A stretch of DNA of 64,000 nucleotides from Candidatus Woesearchaeota archaeon (lineage in GTDB: Archaea; Nanobdellota; Nanobdellia; Woesearchaeales; GW2011-AR4). The DNA lies in assembly GCA_002688775.1 (NCBI GenBank), contig NZDH01000004.1:54543-118542 (forward strand), given 5' to 3'. Made by a program: the position numbers and the translations under genes. Shown piece after piece: positions 18,066-27,711 of this stretch; position 1 is the stretch's first letter; every line of letters begins with the position of its first letter. The notes beneath the pieces were generated by a model, which was not told the DNA's origin, did not search any database, and was given only the letters and a program-made list of their open reading frames with translations.

Positions 18066-20297
18066 ATGAAAAGAACGCATACTTGCGGAGATTTGACTGA
18101 TAAAGATGTCAATAAAAAGGTGACTTTATCGGGCTGGTGCTCTACAAGAAGAGACCATGGCGGTGTAATTTTCATTGACTTAAGGGACAGATATGGATTG
18201 ACACAAGTAGTTTTTGATCCGAGCCATAACCTGGAAAGCCATAAGACTGCAGAAACTTTGAGGAGAGAATATGTAATCACAGTTGAGGGTCATGTCAGGA
18301 AAAGACCTGAAGGCATGGAAAATAAAAATTTACCAACAGGCAAGATAGAAGTTCTTATGGACGAAATCCTTAGCGTCAACAAAGCACAAACTCCCCCTTT
18401 GGAGATTGATGATAACATTGAAGCTTCTGAAGATATAAGGCTGAAATACAGATATCTTGACCTGAGAAGGAATAAGATGCAAAAGCAGCTGATGTTCAGG
18501 CACCAGCTTTCAACTGCAATAAGGGAATACCTAAATCAGCAAGGCTTTATTGAGATTGAAACACCGATGATGATCAAGACTACTCCAGAAGGAGCCAGAG
18601 ACTATTTAGTGCCAAGCAGAATCCATCCTGGAAAATTTTATTCATTGCCGCAATCTCCGCAGATATACAAGCAGATCTTGATGATTGCTGGCTTTGATAA
18701 ATACTACCAGATAGCAAGATGCTTGAGAGACGAAGATTTGAGAACTGACAGGCAGCCAGAGCATACTCAAGTTGATCTAGAGATGTCTTTTGCTGATGTT
18801 GAAGATATATTTCACATTACAGAAGGCCTTATCAAAAATGCTTTCAGAAAACTTCTAAATAGAGATGTGAAAACTCCTTTCAAGAGATTTTCTTATGCCG
18901 AATCAATGGAAAAATACTGCACAGACAAGCCGGACATAAGATTTGGGATGGAATGCTGCACTGTTACAGACATAGTCAAAGATTCTGAATTCAAAGTGTT
19001 TCTTGAAGTCATAAAGAAAGGAATTGTAAAAGTGTTGAATGCAGAGAGTTGCGGAGAAAAATTAAGCAGGAAGCAAATCGACGAGTTAATTGAATTTGCC
19101 CAGCAGAATGGCGCAAAAGGACTTGCGTGGATGAAAGTAACAAAGAATGGATTGGAAAGCAATATTGCGAAGTTTTTTCCTGAAAAAGTGCAGAAAGAAT
19201 TAATCAAAAGAGCTAAAGCAAAGCATGGAGATTTACTGCTGTTTGCAGCTGACAATCCAAAAATAGTAAATGACGTGCTTTCAAAAATCAGGTTAAGATT
19301 AGGAAATTCCTTCGGATTGATAAAGAAAGATAATTTTGATTTTTGCTTTATAACAGACTATCCTATGTTTGAATGGAACGAAGACGAGCAAAAATGGGAT
19401 TTTAGCCATAATCCTTTCACAATGCCAAGGGAAGAATACTGGAAATATCTGGAAACAGATCCAGGCAAGGTAATCTCTTATCAATATGATTTTGTCATGA
19501 ACGGATCTGAACTTTTCTCAGGCTCTGTGCGAAACAATATTCCTGAGATGCAGATGAAAGCCTTCAAAGTTACCGGAATGCCTGAGAATGAGATAAAAGA
19601 AAAGTTTGGGTTTTTGCTTGAAGCGTATAAGTATGGAGCGCCAAGGCACGCTGGATTTGGTATGGGTTTTGACAGATTGGCATCGCTGATGCAGGGGATC
19701 CATGACATAAGGGAAGTTATCGCTTTTCCAAAGAACAAGGCAGCTGAAAATCCGATGGATGATTCGCCAAGCGAAGCAAGCGAAAGACAACTTCAGGAAC
19801 TCCATATCAAACTGGATTTTGTCAAAGATTCAGGAAATGTTGTGTTGGGTAAAATTAAAGATGTTTTGGATAAAGAAAAGATCGAGTATGAAGTTTTAGA
19901 GCATAAAGCTGTTTTCACAAGCAAGGAAGCTGCTCAAATTAGAGGAACAGAATTAAAGCAAGGTTGTAAAGCTTTGGTTTGCAAAACAGAAGAAGGTTTT
20001 ATTCAGGCTGTTGTTAGCGGTGAAAAAGAGCTTGACTTGAAAAAACTGCAGAAAATTACATTATTTAAAAATTTAGAGCTTGCTAATGCCAAAGATGTGA
20101 AAAAGGCAACTGGCTGCAATATAGGAAGTGTTCCACCATTTGGAAATCTACTGGGATTGAAGGTTTATTTCGATAAATCTGTTGCACAAAATGAAATTGT
20201 TGCCTTCAATGCAGGAGCACACACAAAAAGCATTAAAATGAAAGGCAAGGATTTGGTTAAAGTTGTTAATCCTATTGTTGGGGAGTTTTCTAAGTAG
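18066..20297 (+). CDS. aspS: bacterial-type aspartyl-tRNA synthetase (with GAD insertion domain) fused to a C-terminal YbaK/ProX-like aminoacyl-tRNA deacylase domain
   Basis: Class II aaRS motifs and an anticodon-binding N-terminus are present, the GAD domain spans ~aa 290-420, and the canonical AspRS end ERQLQELHIKL is intact. A further ~150 aa carry GCKALVCK and GCNIGSVPPFG, which are YbaK-like K-x-L-x-x-K and G-x-x-x-G-x-x-P-F-G. Confidence 0.8.
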   Translation: MKRTHTCGDLTDKDVNKKVTLSGWCSTRRDHGGVIFIDLRDRYGLTQVVFDPSHNLESHKTAETLRREYVITVEGHVRKRPEGMENKNLPTGKIEVLMDEILSVNKAQTPPLEIDDNIEASEDIRLKYRYLDLRRNKMQKQLMFRHQLSTAIREYLNQQGFIEIETPMMIKTTPEGARDYLVPSRIHPGKFYSLPQSPQIYKQILMIAGFDKYYQIARCLRDEDLRTDRQPEHTQVDLEMSFADVEDIFHITEGLIKNAFRKLLNRDVKTPFKRFSYAESMEKYCTDKPDIRFGMECCTVTDIVKDSEFKVFLEVIKKGIVKVLNAESCGEKLSRKQIDELIEFAQQNGAKGLAWMKVTKNGLESNIAKFFPEKVQKELIKRAKAKHGDLLLFAADNPKIVNDVLSKIRLRLGNSFGLIKKDNFDFCFITDYPMFEWNEDEQKWDFSHNPFTMPREEYWKYLETDPGKVISYQYDFVMNGSELFSGSVRNNIPEMQMKAFKVTGMPENEIKEKFGFLLEAYKYGAPRHAGFGMGFDRLASLMQGIHDIREVIAFPKNKAAENPMDDSPSEASERQLQELHIKLDFVKDSGNVVLGKIKDVLDKEKIEYEVLEHKAVFTSKEAAQIRGTELKQGCKALVCKTEEGFIQAVVSGEKELDLKKLQKITLFKNLELANAKDVKKATGCNIGSVPPFGNLLGLKVYFDKSVAQNEIVAFNAGAHTKSIKMKGKDLVKVVNPIVGEFSK

Positions 20298-20318
20298 GGA
20301 TTTAAAAAAATAGCCACA

Positions 20319-20798
20319 ATGCCCATCAGAAAAGCTAATTTAAAGGATGTTGAAAGTGTAGTTTTATTGTGGAAGGAATTCATGAGAGAAAATAATTCCT
20401 TTAAGAGCAAAGAAGTTTTAAAAGTTGACCAATTTAATAATGATGCATCCAATTTGTTTAGGAAATTTGTGATAAATAATATAAAATCAAAAAACAGTGT
20501 TGTTTTAGTTGCAGAGGAAAAATCAAAAATAGTGGGATTTATACAAGCACAGATCAAAGATAACCTGAAGGTGTATAAGGTTAAAAAAATAGGCCATATA
20601 AGTGATTTATTTGTTAAAAGGAATTACAGAAAAAGAAATATGAGTTCTGTATTGAAAAATTTTGCATTTAAGTGGTTCAAGTCCAAAAAAATAAAATATG
20701 TTTCATTACAAACAGAGATTAGGAATAAACTTGCTCACAAAATTTATGAAAAATGGGGTTTTTTTGAACATAATCTAACCCTATACAAGAAATTATAA
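20319..20798 (+). CDS. GNAT family N-acetyltransferase
   Basis: The size and the patterns VVLVAEEKSKIVGF and KWGFF fit a GNAT fold. Confidence 0.55.
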   Translation: MPIRKANLKDVESVVLLWKEFMRENNSFKSKEVLKVDQFNNDASNLFRKFVINNIKSKNSVVLVAEEKSKIVGFIQAQIKDNLKVYKVKKIGHISDLFVKRNYRKRNMSSVLKNFAFKWFKSKKIKYVSLQTEIRNKLAHKIYEKWGFFEHNLTLYKKL

Positions 20799-20799
20799 A

Positions 20800-21351
20800 A
20801 TGCAAATCAACTTCATAACCAGCAACTTAGGTAAAGTAAAAGAATTCAAGCAGATTCTAGAGCCTGATATTGAAGTAAACCATGTTGAAAATTCTTATCC
20901 TGAAATAAGAAGCGAGGATCCTGAGGAAATCGCAAGGCATTCTGCAAAAGAGCTTGCAGAGAAATTAAAGAAAAATGTTGTTGTTGAGGATTCAGGATTG
21001 TTCATCAAGTCATTGAATGATTTTCCAGGAACTTATTCTGCAACCATACACAAAAAAATAGGATTAAACGGGCTTATCAAGCTGCTGAAAGATGTAAAAG
21101 AAAGAGAATGCACTTACAAAAGCGCTGTCGCTTACTGCGAGCCTGGAAAAGAGCCGATAAGCTTTCTTGGAGAAGAGAAAGGTACAATAGCTGAGAGCAT
21201 AAGGGGAAAGTTTGGTTTTGGGCATGATCCTATATTTATCCCTGAAAACAGCGATAAAACCTATGGAGAAACGGAGAATTGCGAAGAAGCTAAGAAATTC
21301 AGGAGAAGAGCTGTTGAAAAGCTAAGGGATTATCTACTTAAGAAGAAATAA
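20800..21351 (+). CDS. non-canonical purine NTP pyrophosphatase (Ham1/ITPase/RdgB family)
   Basis: FITSNLGKV, SGLFIKSLNDFPGTYSA and FGFGHDPIFIP are Ham1 motifs. Confidence 0.8.
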   Translation: MQINFITSNLGKVKEFKQILEPDIEVNHVENSYPEIRSEDPEEIARHSAKELAEKLKKNVVVEDSGLFIKSLNDFPGTYSATIHKKIGLNGLIKLLKDVKERECTYKSAVAYCEPGKEPISFLGEEKGTIAESIRGKFGFGHDPIFIPENSDKTYGETENCEEAKKFRRRAVEKLRDYLLKKK

Positions 21352-21387
21352 TAATGTTTAAATATAACAAATGGACTTCTGTTTCCT

Positions 21388-21963
21388 ATGCTAGAGAAAA
21401 TAAAAGATCTGATGAAAACGAAAGAGGAAATTGACGTAATAAACAAAAACATAAAGGAAAGTACAGAGACTATTTCTGGATTAAAGGATGAACTTGGGAA
21501 ACTGAAGACCAGCCTAGACGATGTCAAGAAAGAGCAGAAGGAATTCCTGACTAGTTTCAAGGACAATATAGGTGTGATAAAAAACCTAAGGGAAGATTTT
21601 GGCAAAGAGCTTTATGAGTTTAAAATGCTGAAAGCCCAGATGCAGAGAAAGATTCTGGATAAGTTTGAAGAAGAGCTGCAAAAAGATTTGGAAGTGAACA
21701 GGGAAGCTTTAAGAAAGGATGTCCAGGATTATAATGAACTGAGGAAAAATGTCAGTGAAGTTGCTTCAAGACTGAACCTGACAACTGAAGAGATAAATAA
21801 ATTCCTGGAAATCAGCAAGAGCATAAAAAAAGAGGATTTTGAGCTGACAAAATTTGCAGGACATCTGCTGGAAATGGACAAGGAAAAGATAGAATTGATG
21901 AGGAAGATTGATATTCTGGAAAGGCTAGTTTCTAAGATAAGAAGAAGGGAAATGATTAGGTAA
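21388..21963 (+). CDS. coiled-coil protein, unknown function
   Basis: K/E-rich heptads run throughout. Confidence 0.4.
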   Translation: MLEKIKDLMKTKEEIDVINKNIKESTETISGLKDELGKLKTSLDDVKKEQKEFLTSFKDNIGVIKNLREDFGKELYEFKMLKAQMQRKILDKFEEELQKDLEVNREALRKDVQDYNELRKNVSEVASRLNLTTEEINKFLEISKSIKKEDFELTKFAGHLLEMDKEKIELMRKIDILERLVSKIRRREMIR

Positions 21964-22009
21964 TCTTAAAACAAAAATATATATAAACTGCTTTGTAATA
22001 ACCATTTAT

Positions 22010-22294
22010 ATGAATATAGACAGAAAACTATTAGAGCATGTAGCTGAAGTTGCAAGAATAAAGCTAAGTGAAGAAGAAATCAAGAAATTCTTGCCTCAGC
22101 TTGAAGAAGCTTTAGAATTCTTTTCAAAATTAAAGGAAGTTAATACAGATGATGTAAAGCCAAGCTTCCAGCCTGTTGAATTGAAAAATGCAATGAGGGA
22201 AGACAAGGAAAAAAAGTGCATTTCGCAGGATGATGCATTATCATTAACTGAGCATAAAAAAGACGGCTATTTCAAAGGGCCGAGGGCAGTTTGA
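22010..22294 (+). CDS. gatC: Asp/Glu-tRNA amidotransferase subunit C
   Basis: A 94-aa protein with [32 protein letters not shown] sits immediately upstream of gatA. Confidence 0.75.
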   Translation: MNIDRKLLEHVAEVARIKLSEEEIKKFLPQLEEALEFFSKLKEVNTDDVKPSFQPVELKNAMREDKEKKCISQDDALSLTEHKKDGYFKGPRAV

Positions 22295-22791
22295 TGAAAT
22301 CCAGCTTATTTTTAATATTATTTTTGGTATTTATAATAGGATGCAACAGCGAGGTAAAAATGAAAATTGCAACAATAGAAACTGATAAAGGAATTATAAA
22401 AGCAGAGCTTTTCACGGATAAAGCACCCATCACAACAACAAATTTCATTGACTTGGCTAATTCCGGATTTTATAACGGATTAACTTTTCATAGAGTTGAG
22501 CCTGGTTTTGTTGTGCAGGGCGGTGATCCTAATGGAGATGGTACAGGGGGTTCTGGAAAAAATATTCAATTGGAGATCCATCAAGACTTAAAGCATGTGA
22601 AAGGTGTGCTGGCAATGGCAAGATCTCAAGATCCAAACAGCGCTTCATCACAATTTTACATTACATTAGCCTCAGCATCTTTTCTTGACGGGCAGTATGC
22701 AGTTTTTGGCAAAGTGATTGAAGGGATGGAATTTGTTGAACAAATTAAAGTTGGGGATAAGATGAACAAAATTACGATAAGTGAAAAATAA
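22291..22791 (+). CDS. secreted cyclophilin-type peptidyl-prolyl isomerase (signal peptide with lipobox-like IIGC)
   Basis: [15 protein letters not shown] is the cyclophilin core. A hydrophobic N-terminus ends in GCNS. It overlaps gatC by 4 nt and gatA by 1 nt. Confidence 0.8.
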   Translation: MMKSSLFLILFLVFIIGCNSEVKMKIATIETDKGIIKAELFTDKAPITTTNFIDLANSGFYNGLTFHRVEPGFVVQGGDPNGDGTGGSGKNIQLEIHQDLKHVKGVLAMARSQDPNSASSQFYITLASASFLDGQYAVFGKVIEGMEFVEQIKVGDKMNKITISEK

Positions 22792-24236
22792 TGCAATGCA
22801 GTGAATTTGTTGAAAAAGTAAAAAATAATGAGATAGATATTGTTGAGCATACTCATAAAGTCATTGAGGAGTGCAAAAAAATAAACAAGGATTATAATTA
22901 TTTCAATGTTGTCTCTGAAGAACTGGCTTTAGTCCAGGCAAACAAGCTAAAAAAACTGATAAACGGCAAGAAAGCAGATAATAAAAAATTACTGGGAGTT
23001 CCTGTTTCTGTTAAAGACAATATCTGCGTCAAGGGCGTTGAAAGCACTGCAGGCTCCAGAATCTTGAAGGGCTATAAGCCGTTATTCAATGCGACAGCGG
23101 TTGAAAATGCAATAAACCAAGGCGCAATCGTAATAGGAAAAACAAGCCAGGATGAATTCGGCTTTGGGGGCTTTTCTGTCAATGCTGGATTAGGATTTAA
23201 AATTCCTAAAAACCCTTTTGACAAGGAGAGAAGCTGCGGTGGAAGCTCCGGAGGTGCTGGTGGTTTAGCCCAGAAGGCTACTTTCCCCCACATTGCGCTG
23301 GGAGAGAGCACTGGCGGCAGTATTGCATGTCCTGCAAATTTTTGTGGAGTTTTTGGCTTAACACCAACTTATGGAATTGTTTCCAGATACGGCTTGATTG
23401 ATTATGGAAATTCCCTGGACAAGATAGGAACATTAGGAAAAAGTTCTAATGATGCTGGATTATTGCAAGAAGTTATTTCTGGTTATGATGAGAAAGACAG
23501 CACTTCCCTAAATGTTGAAAATGAAAGATATACTGAATACCTGGGAGGATCTGTGGAAGGTTTGAAGGTAGGCATCATAAAAGAAGCGTTTGGAAAGGGA
23601 AATGAAAAAGCAGTAGAAAATCAAGTTTACAAAGGAATTGAAACATTAAAGGAGAAAGGCGTTAAAGCTGAAGAAATATCCTTAGAAATGCCCATAAAAT
23701 ATGGATTAGCAACTTATTACATGATTGCAACTTCCGAAGCCTCTACAAACCTTGCCAAATACTGCGGAATGAGGTATGGAGCTGCTGAGAAATTAAGAGG
23801 GAGCTTTAATGAATATTTCACAAAAGTAAGAAGCAAAAATTTTGGCGATGAAGCTAAAAGAAGGGTAATTCTTGGAACTTTTGCAAGAATGGCCGGACAT
23901 AGAGATGCTTTTTACATTAAAGCTGCCAAAGTCAGGACAAAAATAATCAATGAATACAAGAAGGCTTTCAAACAATTTGATGCCTTGATCAGCCCAACAG
24001 TTCCAATATTGCCTCCGAAGTTTTCTGAAATTGAAAAATTAACGCCATTGCAGAATTACATGATAGACTCAATCCTGGTAGGCCCGAATATTGCTGGTTT
24101 GCCCCATCTAAGCGTGCCAATTGGTTATGATCAGAATCTTCCGGTCGGGATGCTGCTGACAGGAGATCATCTGCAAGAAAAAAAATTACTGCAATTGGGA
24201 AATTTGTTTGAAACAACAAAATTCCACTCATCTTAG
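22791..24236 (+). CDS. gatA: Asp/Glu-tRNA amidotransferase subunit A
   Basis: The amidase signature GGSSGG and the Ser-cisSer-Lys context are present. Confidence 0.85.
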   Translation: MQCSEFVEKVKNNEIDIVEHTHKVIEECKKINKDYNYFNVVSEELALVQANKLKKLINGKKADNKKLLGVPVSVKDNICVKGVESTAGSRILKGYKPLFNATAVENAINQGAIVIGKTSQDEFGFGGFSVNAGLGFKIPKNPFDKERSCGGSSGGAGGLAQKATFPHIALGESTGGSIACPANFCGVFGLTPTYGIVSRYGLIDYGNSLDKIGTLGKSSNDAGLLQEVISGYDEKDSTSLNVENERYTEYLGGSVEGLKVGIIKEAFGKGNEKAVENQVYKGIETLKEKGVKAEEISLEMPIKYGLATYYMIATSEASTNLAKYCGMRYGAAEKLRGSFNEYFTKVRSKNFGDEAKRRVILGTFARMAGHRDAFYIKAAKVRTKIINEYKKAFKQFDALISPTVPILPPKFSEIEKLTPLQNYMIDSILVGPNIAGLPHLSVPIGYDQNLPVGMLLTGDHLQEKKLLQLGNLFETTKFHSS

Positions 24237-24386
24237 ATGGGTGGTTAATTAGCTATATAACATTACATGGAATTTTGTGTGCTCAAAAACAACCCATCAA
24301 TAAGTGGAATTTTGAGTGTCAAAAACCACGCAATTATTATAATATATATAAACATCCACCCATCTATGATGGGTGGTTTTTGACAA

Positions 24387-25802
24387 ATGAAAAAATTCAC
24401 TAGCGATGTTGTCATTGGACTTGAGATCCATGTAGAGCTAGATACAAAAACTAAATTATTTTGTGGATGCTCTAAAAAGGGAGGTGAAGAACCAAACTCA
24501 AGGACTTGTGAAGTTTGTCTTGGCCATCCGGGAAGCAAGCCTGTATTGAACAAAAAAGCTGTTGAATTTGCCCTGAAATTAGGCCTGGCCTTGAATTGTG
24601 ACATCTCCAATGAATTGATTTTCTCAAGAAAATCCTATTTTTATCCTGACATGTCTAAGAATTATCAGATTACGCAATATGAAATCCCTCTTGGCAAGGG
24701 AGGAAATTTAAAATTGAAAGAAGGAAAGGAAATAGGGCTTATAAGAATCCATATGGAGGAAGATCCTGCTGCATTAGTTCATCCTGATGGATTAAAGGAA
24801 GGCTCTTATGTTTTGGTTGATTACAACAGAAGCGGGAATCCTTTGGTTGAGATCGTTACAGAACCGGATTTGACAAGCCCTGATGAAGCAAGGGATTTCA
24901 TGAAGCAATTGATCACTGTCTTAAGCTATCTTGAGATTTTTGACGAGAATAACGGAATAATAAAAGCTGATGCAAATGTCTCAGTAAAAGAAAGTGATTA
25001 TACACGAGTTGAGATAAAAAATATAACTGGATTTAAAGAAATTGAGAGAGCTTTGTTTTATGAAGTTGACAGGCAAAAAGAAGAAATTAAGCAAAGTAAA
25101 AAGGTTGAACAGGAAACAAGAGCCTGGGATTCTGAAAAAGGAGTTACTCTTTCTTTGAGAAAAAAAGAGACTGAAGAAGATTATGGCTATATAATTGATC
25201 CTGACCTGACTGTTACAGAAATTACCGATGAATTAATTGATAAAATCAAGAAAGAAATGCCTGAATTAGCCCAGGACAAAGTAAAGAAATTCATTGAAAA
25301 GCATAAAATCAAGAAAGAATATGCTGAGATTCTTGCTGCGCACAAGCAGCTTGCAGAAATGTTTGAGGATGTTGCAGAGCATATTGATCCTGTTTTAGCT
25401 GCAAAATGGATAAGAGGGGAATTAGTGAGAGTACTAAACTATGCCAAGAAAGAATTGCATGAAGTTGACATCAATAAAAAGCACATGATTGACCTGCTGA
25501 AATTGGTCGAAAGCAAAAAGATAACTGACAATGTTGCTGCAAAATTACTTGAGAAATTGATTGAAAAGCCTTTTGATGTCATTGAACATGTCAAGAAAGA
25601 AGGTCTTGAAGCTGTTTCTGATGTTTCAGAGCTGGAGAAGTACTGCAAAGAAGCGATAAAGGAGAATCCACAAGCTGTTGAGGACTACAAAAAAGGAGAA
25701 AAAAAGGCTTTGAATTTTATTGTTGGTTCTGTGATGAAGAAGACTCAAGGAAAGGCAACTCCTAAAGAGGTTAATGAGATTATTCTGAGATTAATAAGAT
25801 AA
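24387..25802 (+). CDS. gatB: Asp/Glu-tRNA amidotransferase subunit B
   Basis: VIGLEIHVELDTKTKLFCGCS is the GatB N-terminus, and a GatB/YqeY tail follows. Confidence 0.85.
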   Translation: MKKFTSDVVIGLEIHVELDTKTKLFCGCSKKGGEEPNSRTCEVCLGHPGSKPVLNKKAVEFALKLGLALNCDISNELIFSRKSYFYPDMSKNYQITQYEIPLGKGGNLKLKEGKEIGLIRIHMEEDPAALVHPDGLKEGSYVLVDYNRSGNPLVEIVTEPDLTSPDEARDFMKQLITVLSYLEIFDENNGIIKADANVSVKESDYTRVEIKNITGFKEIERALFYEVDRQKEEIKQSKKVEQETRAWDSEKGVTLSLRKKETEEDYGYIIDPDLTVTEITDELIDKIKKEMPELAQDKVKKFIEKHKIKKEYAEILAAHKQLAEMFEDVAEHIDPVLAAKWIRGELVRVLNYAKKELHEVDINKKHMIDLLKLVESKKITDNVAAKLLEKLIEKPFDVIEHVKKEGLEAVSDVSELEKYCKEAIKENPQAVEDYKKGEKKALNFIVGSVMKKTQGKATPKEVNEIILRLIR

Positions 25803-25812
25803 ATTTATATAT

Positions 25813-26121
25813 TTGATTTCTTTGTATTTACCAATGGACTTAAGAAAGCCAATGACAGAAACTGAGAAAAGGGTGTTCAAGGAGGCTGTTATAAGGGAGT
25901 ATAGGTTAAAGCATGATCACGGATTTGTAATCAAGATTTTGGAGGATCTCTCCAGAAAGCTCAAGAATCTGGTGCCATTCAACATTGCTATCGGCCTTAT
26001 AGCCTCTGGAATCCTTGTCTACTTTTACGGATGGAAAACTCTTGGCTATATCTTTCTTTTGGGCATAATATGGGTAACATTGATAACAACAGTCGTTTCG
26101 TTTTTTATAAAATCAAAATAG
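25813..26121 (+). CDS. small 2-TM membrane protein
   Basis: Two hydrophobic helices occupy the C-terminal half. Confidence 0.35.
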   Translation: MISLYLPMDLRKPMTETEKRVFKEAVIREYRLKHDHGFVIKILEDLSRKLKNLVPFNIAIGLIASGILVYFYGWKTLGYIFLLGIIWVTLITTVVSFFIKSK

Positions 26122-26123
26122 AA

Positions 26124-27347
26124 TTATAGGTCCAGTTCTAAAATTCTGCTTGCTTCTTCCCTAGCTCTTTTCTCAAAATCAGGGACTGTTTCTCCTTCCT
26201 GACGCTCTGTGCTTAATGTCTTCATGAGATTTCTTACTAATTCTTCCTCTTTTTCTAAAGTTAAATTCTCTAACTTTATTTGGCCAAGATGCTCCTTTAT
26301 GAGAAAAGATTCAATATCCTCCACATTTCTAGCGTCTGTTTTTATTTCCTCAAATTCTTTTGTTTTTACTGCATGAGAACTTTTCATAACAAAATAAGCG
26401 GATTTTTCATAAATTCTTGTGAATATTTCCCTAAAATCGATGTCGCTTGGCTTTCCTGATTCCAGAACGCCCTGCAATCTTATTAAAACAACAGTGTTGT
26501 TTAATTCTTTGTCTTTAATCTGGTCAAGAATTTCATCTTTTATCTTTTCAGGAGTTTTATGGTTGCAGTCAACAGGAATTTTGAGAGTATTGTAAATTTG
26601 AATTGGTTCCCATCGAATTTTATCGTCTTCAACAATATAGAATCCGCCTCTCTCGAGTTTTTCAAGTTCAGCAAAGCTGTTTGGGAATAATGGCCCAGGA
26701 TAAACAATCCTTCCATAATCTTCAATCTGCTTGTCTTCAACAATGTGGACATGACCACCTGCATAATAATCAAATCCTTTTGGCAATAAAGACAATGGCT
26801 GGGAAATTATATTTTCCATCTCTTTTGGCTTGAGCTCATCAATTCCTGAATGAAATAGGAATATCTTATAGCCTTTTTCATTCTCAAGATTATCCAAGAT
26901 TAATTTTTCATAATATTTTTTTTCCAGAGCGCCCCTTTTACCAAGAATTCCGGTGATTTTAGTTCCGGTTTTCTTATCCAAAGTGAAATTTAATTTTAAT
27001 TTTCCATTTTCAGCAGATCCCTTGAAGACGTTGATGAACAGACCAGCTTCTTCCAGAACATCAAGGATTGTTTTTCCGCTTGGGCTGTAGTCATGACTTC
27101 CAGGAACAATATAGACTGGAATATTCAGGTCTTTTAATTGCTTGAATTTAGTGACAACAGTTTTTAGATTATCTAATCTTGGGAAAGATGTATTAAATAA
27201 ATCACCAGCAATAAGCATGAAGTCTACTTTTTCTTTGATGCATTTATCAACTGCCTTACTAAAAGCTTTTGTGCTTGTATCCTTTAGTTTAGGGTCCCTC
27301 CATGATCCGATATGGCAATCTGCCAGATGAGCGAATTTCATGGACAA
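26124..27347 (-). CDS. mre11: Mre11/SbcD-type DNA repair nuclease
   Basis: The phosphoesterase motifs HLADCHIG, IAGDLFN and GSHD are present, and the size is 407 aa. Confidence 0.8.
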   Translation of the reverse strand: MSMKFAHLADCHIGSWRDPKLKDTSTKAFSKAVDKCIKEKVDFMLIAGDLFNTSFPRLDNLKTVVTKFKQLKDLNIPVYIVPGSHDYSPSGKTILDVLEEAGLFINVFKGSAENGKLKLNFTLDKKTGTKITGILGKRGALEKKYYEKLILDNLENEKGYKIFLFHSGIDELKPKEMENIISQPLSLLPKGFDYYAGGHVHIVEDKQIEDYGRIVYPGPLFPNSFAELEKLERGGFYIVEDDKIRWEPIQIYNTLKIPVDCNHKTPEKIKDEILDQIKDKELNNTVVLIRLQGVLESGKPSDIDFREIFTRIYEKSAYFVMKSSHAVKTKEFEEIKTDARNVEDIESFLIKEHLGQIKLENLTLEKEEELVRNLMKTLSTERQEGETVPDFEKRAREEASRILELDL

Positions 27348-27446
27348 AGGTAATGAAGAATATTATTTAAAAGTATAGGGTTAAAAACCACAAACTATTT
27401 AAGTAACGGTATGTTCTACTCGTCAAAAACTTAAAAAGGTGATTTA

Positions 27447-27692
27447 ATGGCACAAGTAGTATGTAGATGTGGGGTAAAAAGAAAATCTGGATATCTATAT
27501 TTTGTGAATAAGAAAGGCAATTGCTCCAGAGTTCAGATGGCAAGAGCTGGAAAAAGAACCAGCAAGAAGCAGGAAACTCTGCACAGTTGCGGAATTAAGA
27601 GAAAAAAAGGCTACCTTTACTTTGTCGATAAGAAAGGCAATGTTGCTATGGCAAAGATGAACAGAGGCGGCAGAAAAAGAAAAAGAAGATAA
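27447..27692 (+). CDS. small basic protein built of two tandem ~35-aa repeats
   Basis: The repeats are CRCGVKRKSGYLYFVNKKGNCSRVQMARAGKR and HSCGIKRKKGYLYFVDKKGNVAMAKMNRGGRK. An SD, aaaaggtga, lies upstream. Confidence 0.5.
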   Translation: MAQVVCRCGVKRKSGYLYFVNKKGNCSRVQMARAGKRTSKKQETLHSCGIKRKKGYLYFVDKKGNVAMAKMNRGGRKRKRR

Positions 27693-27711
27693 ATTCTTTT
27701 TTTTATTTTTT

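Noticed and set aside
18893-19805. Several minus-strand ORFs within aspS
   Set aside because: Embedded antisense in a conserved synthetase gene.
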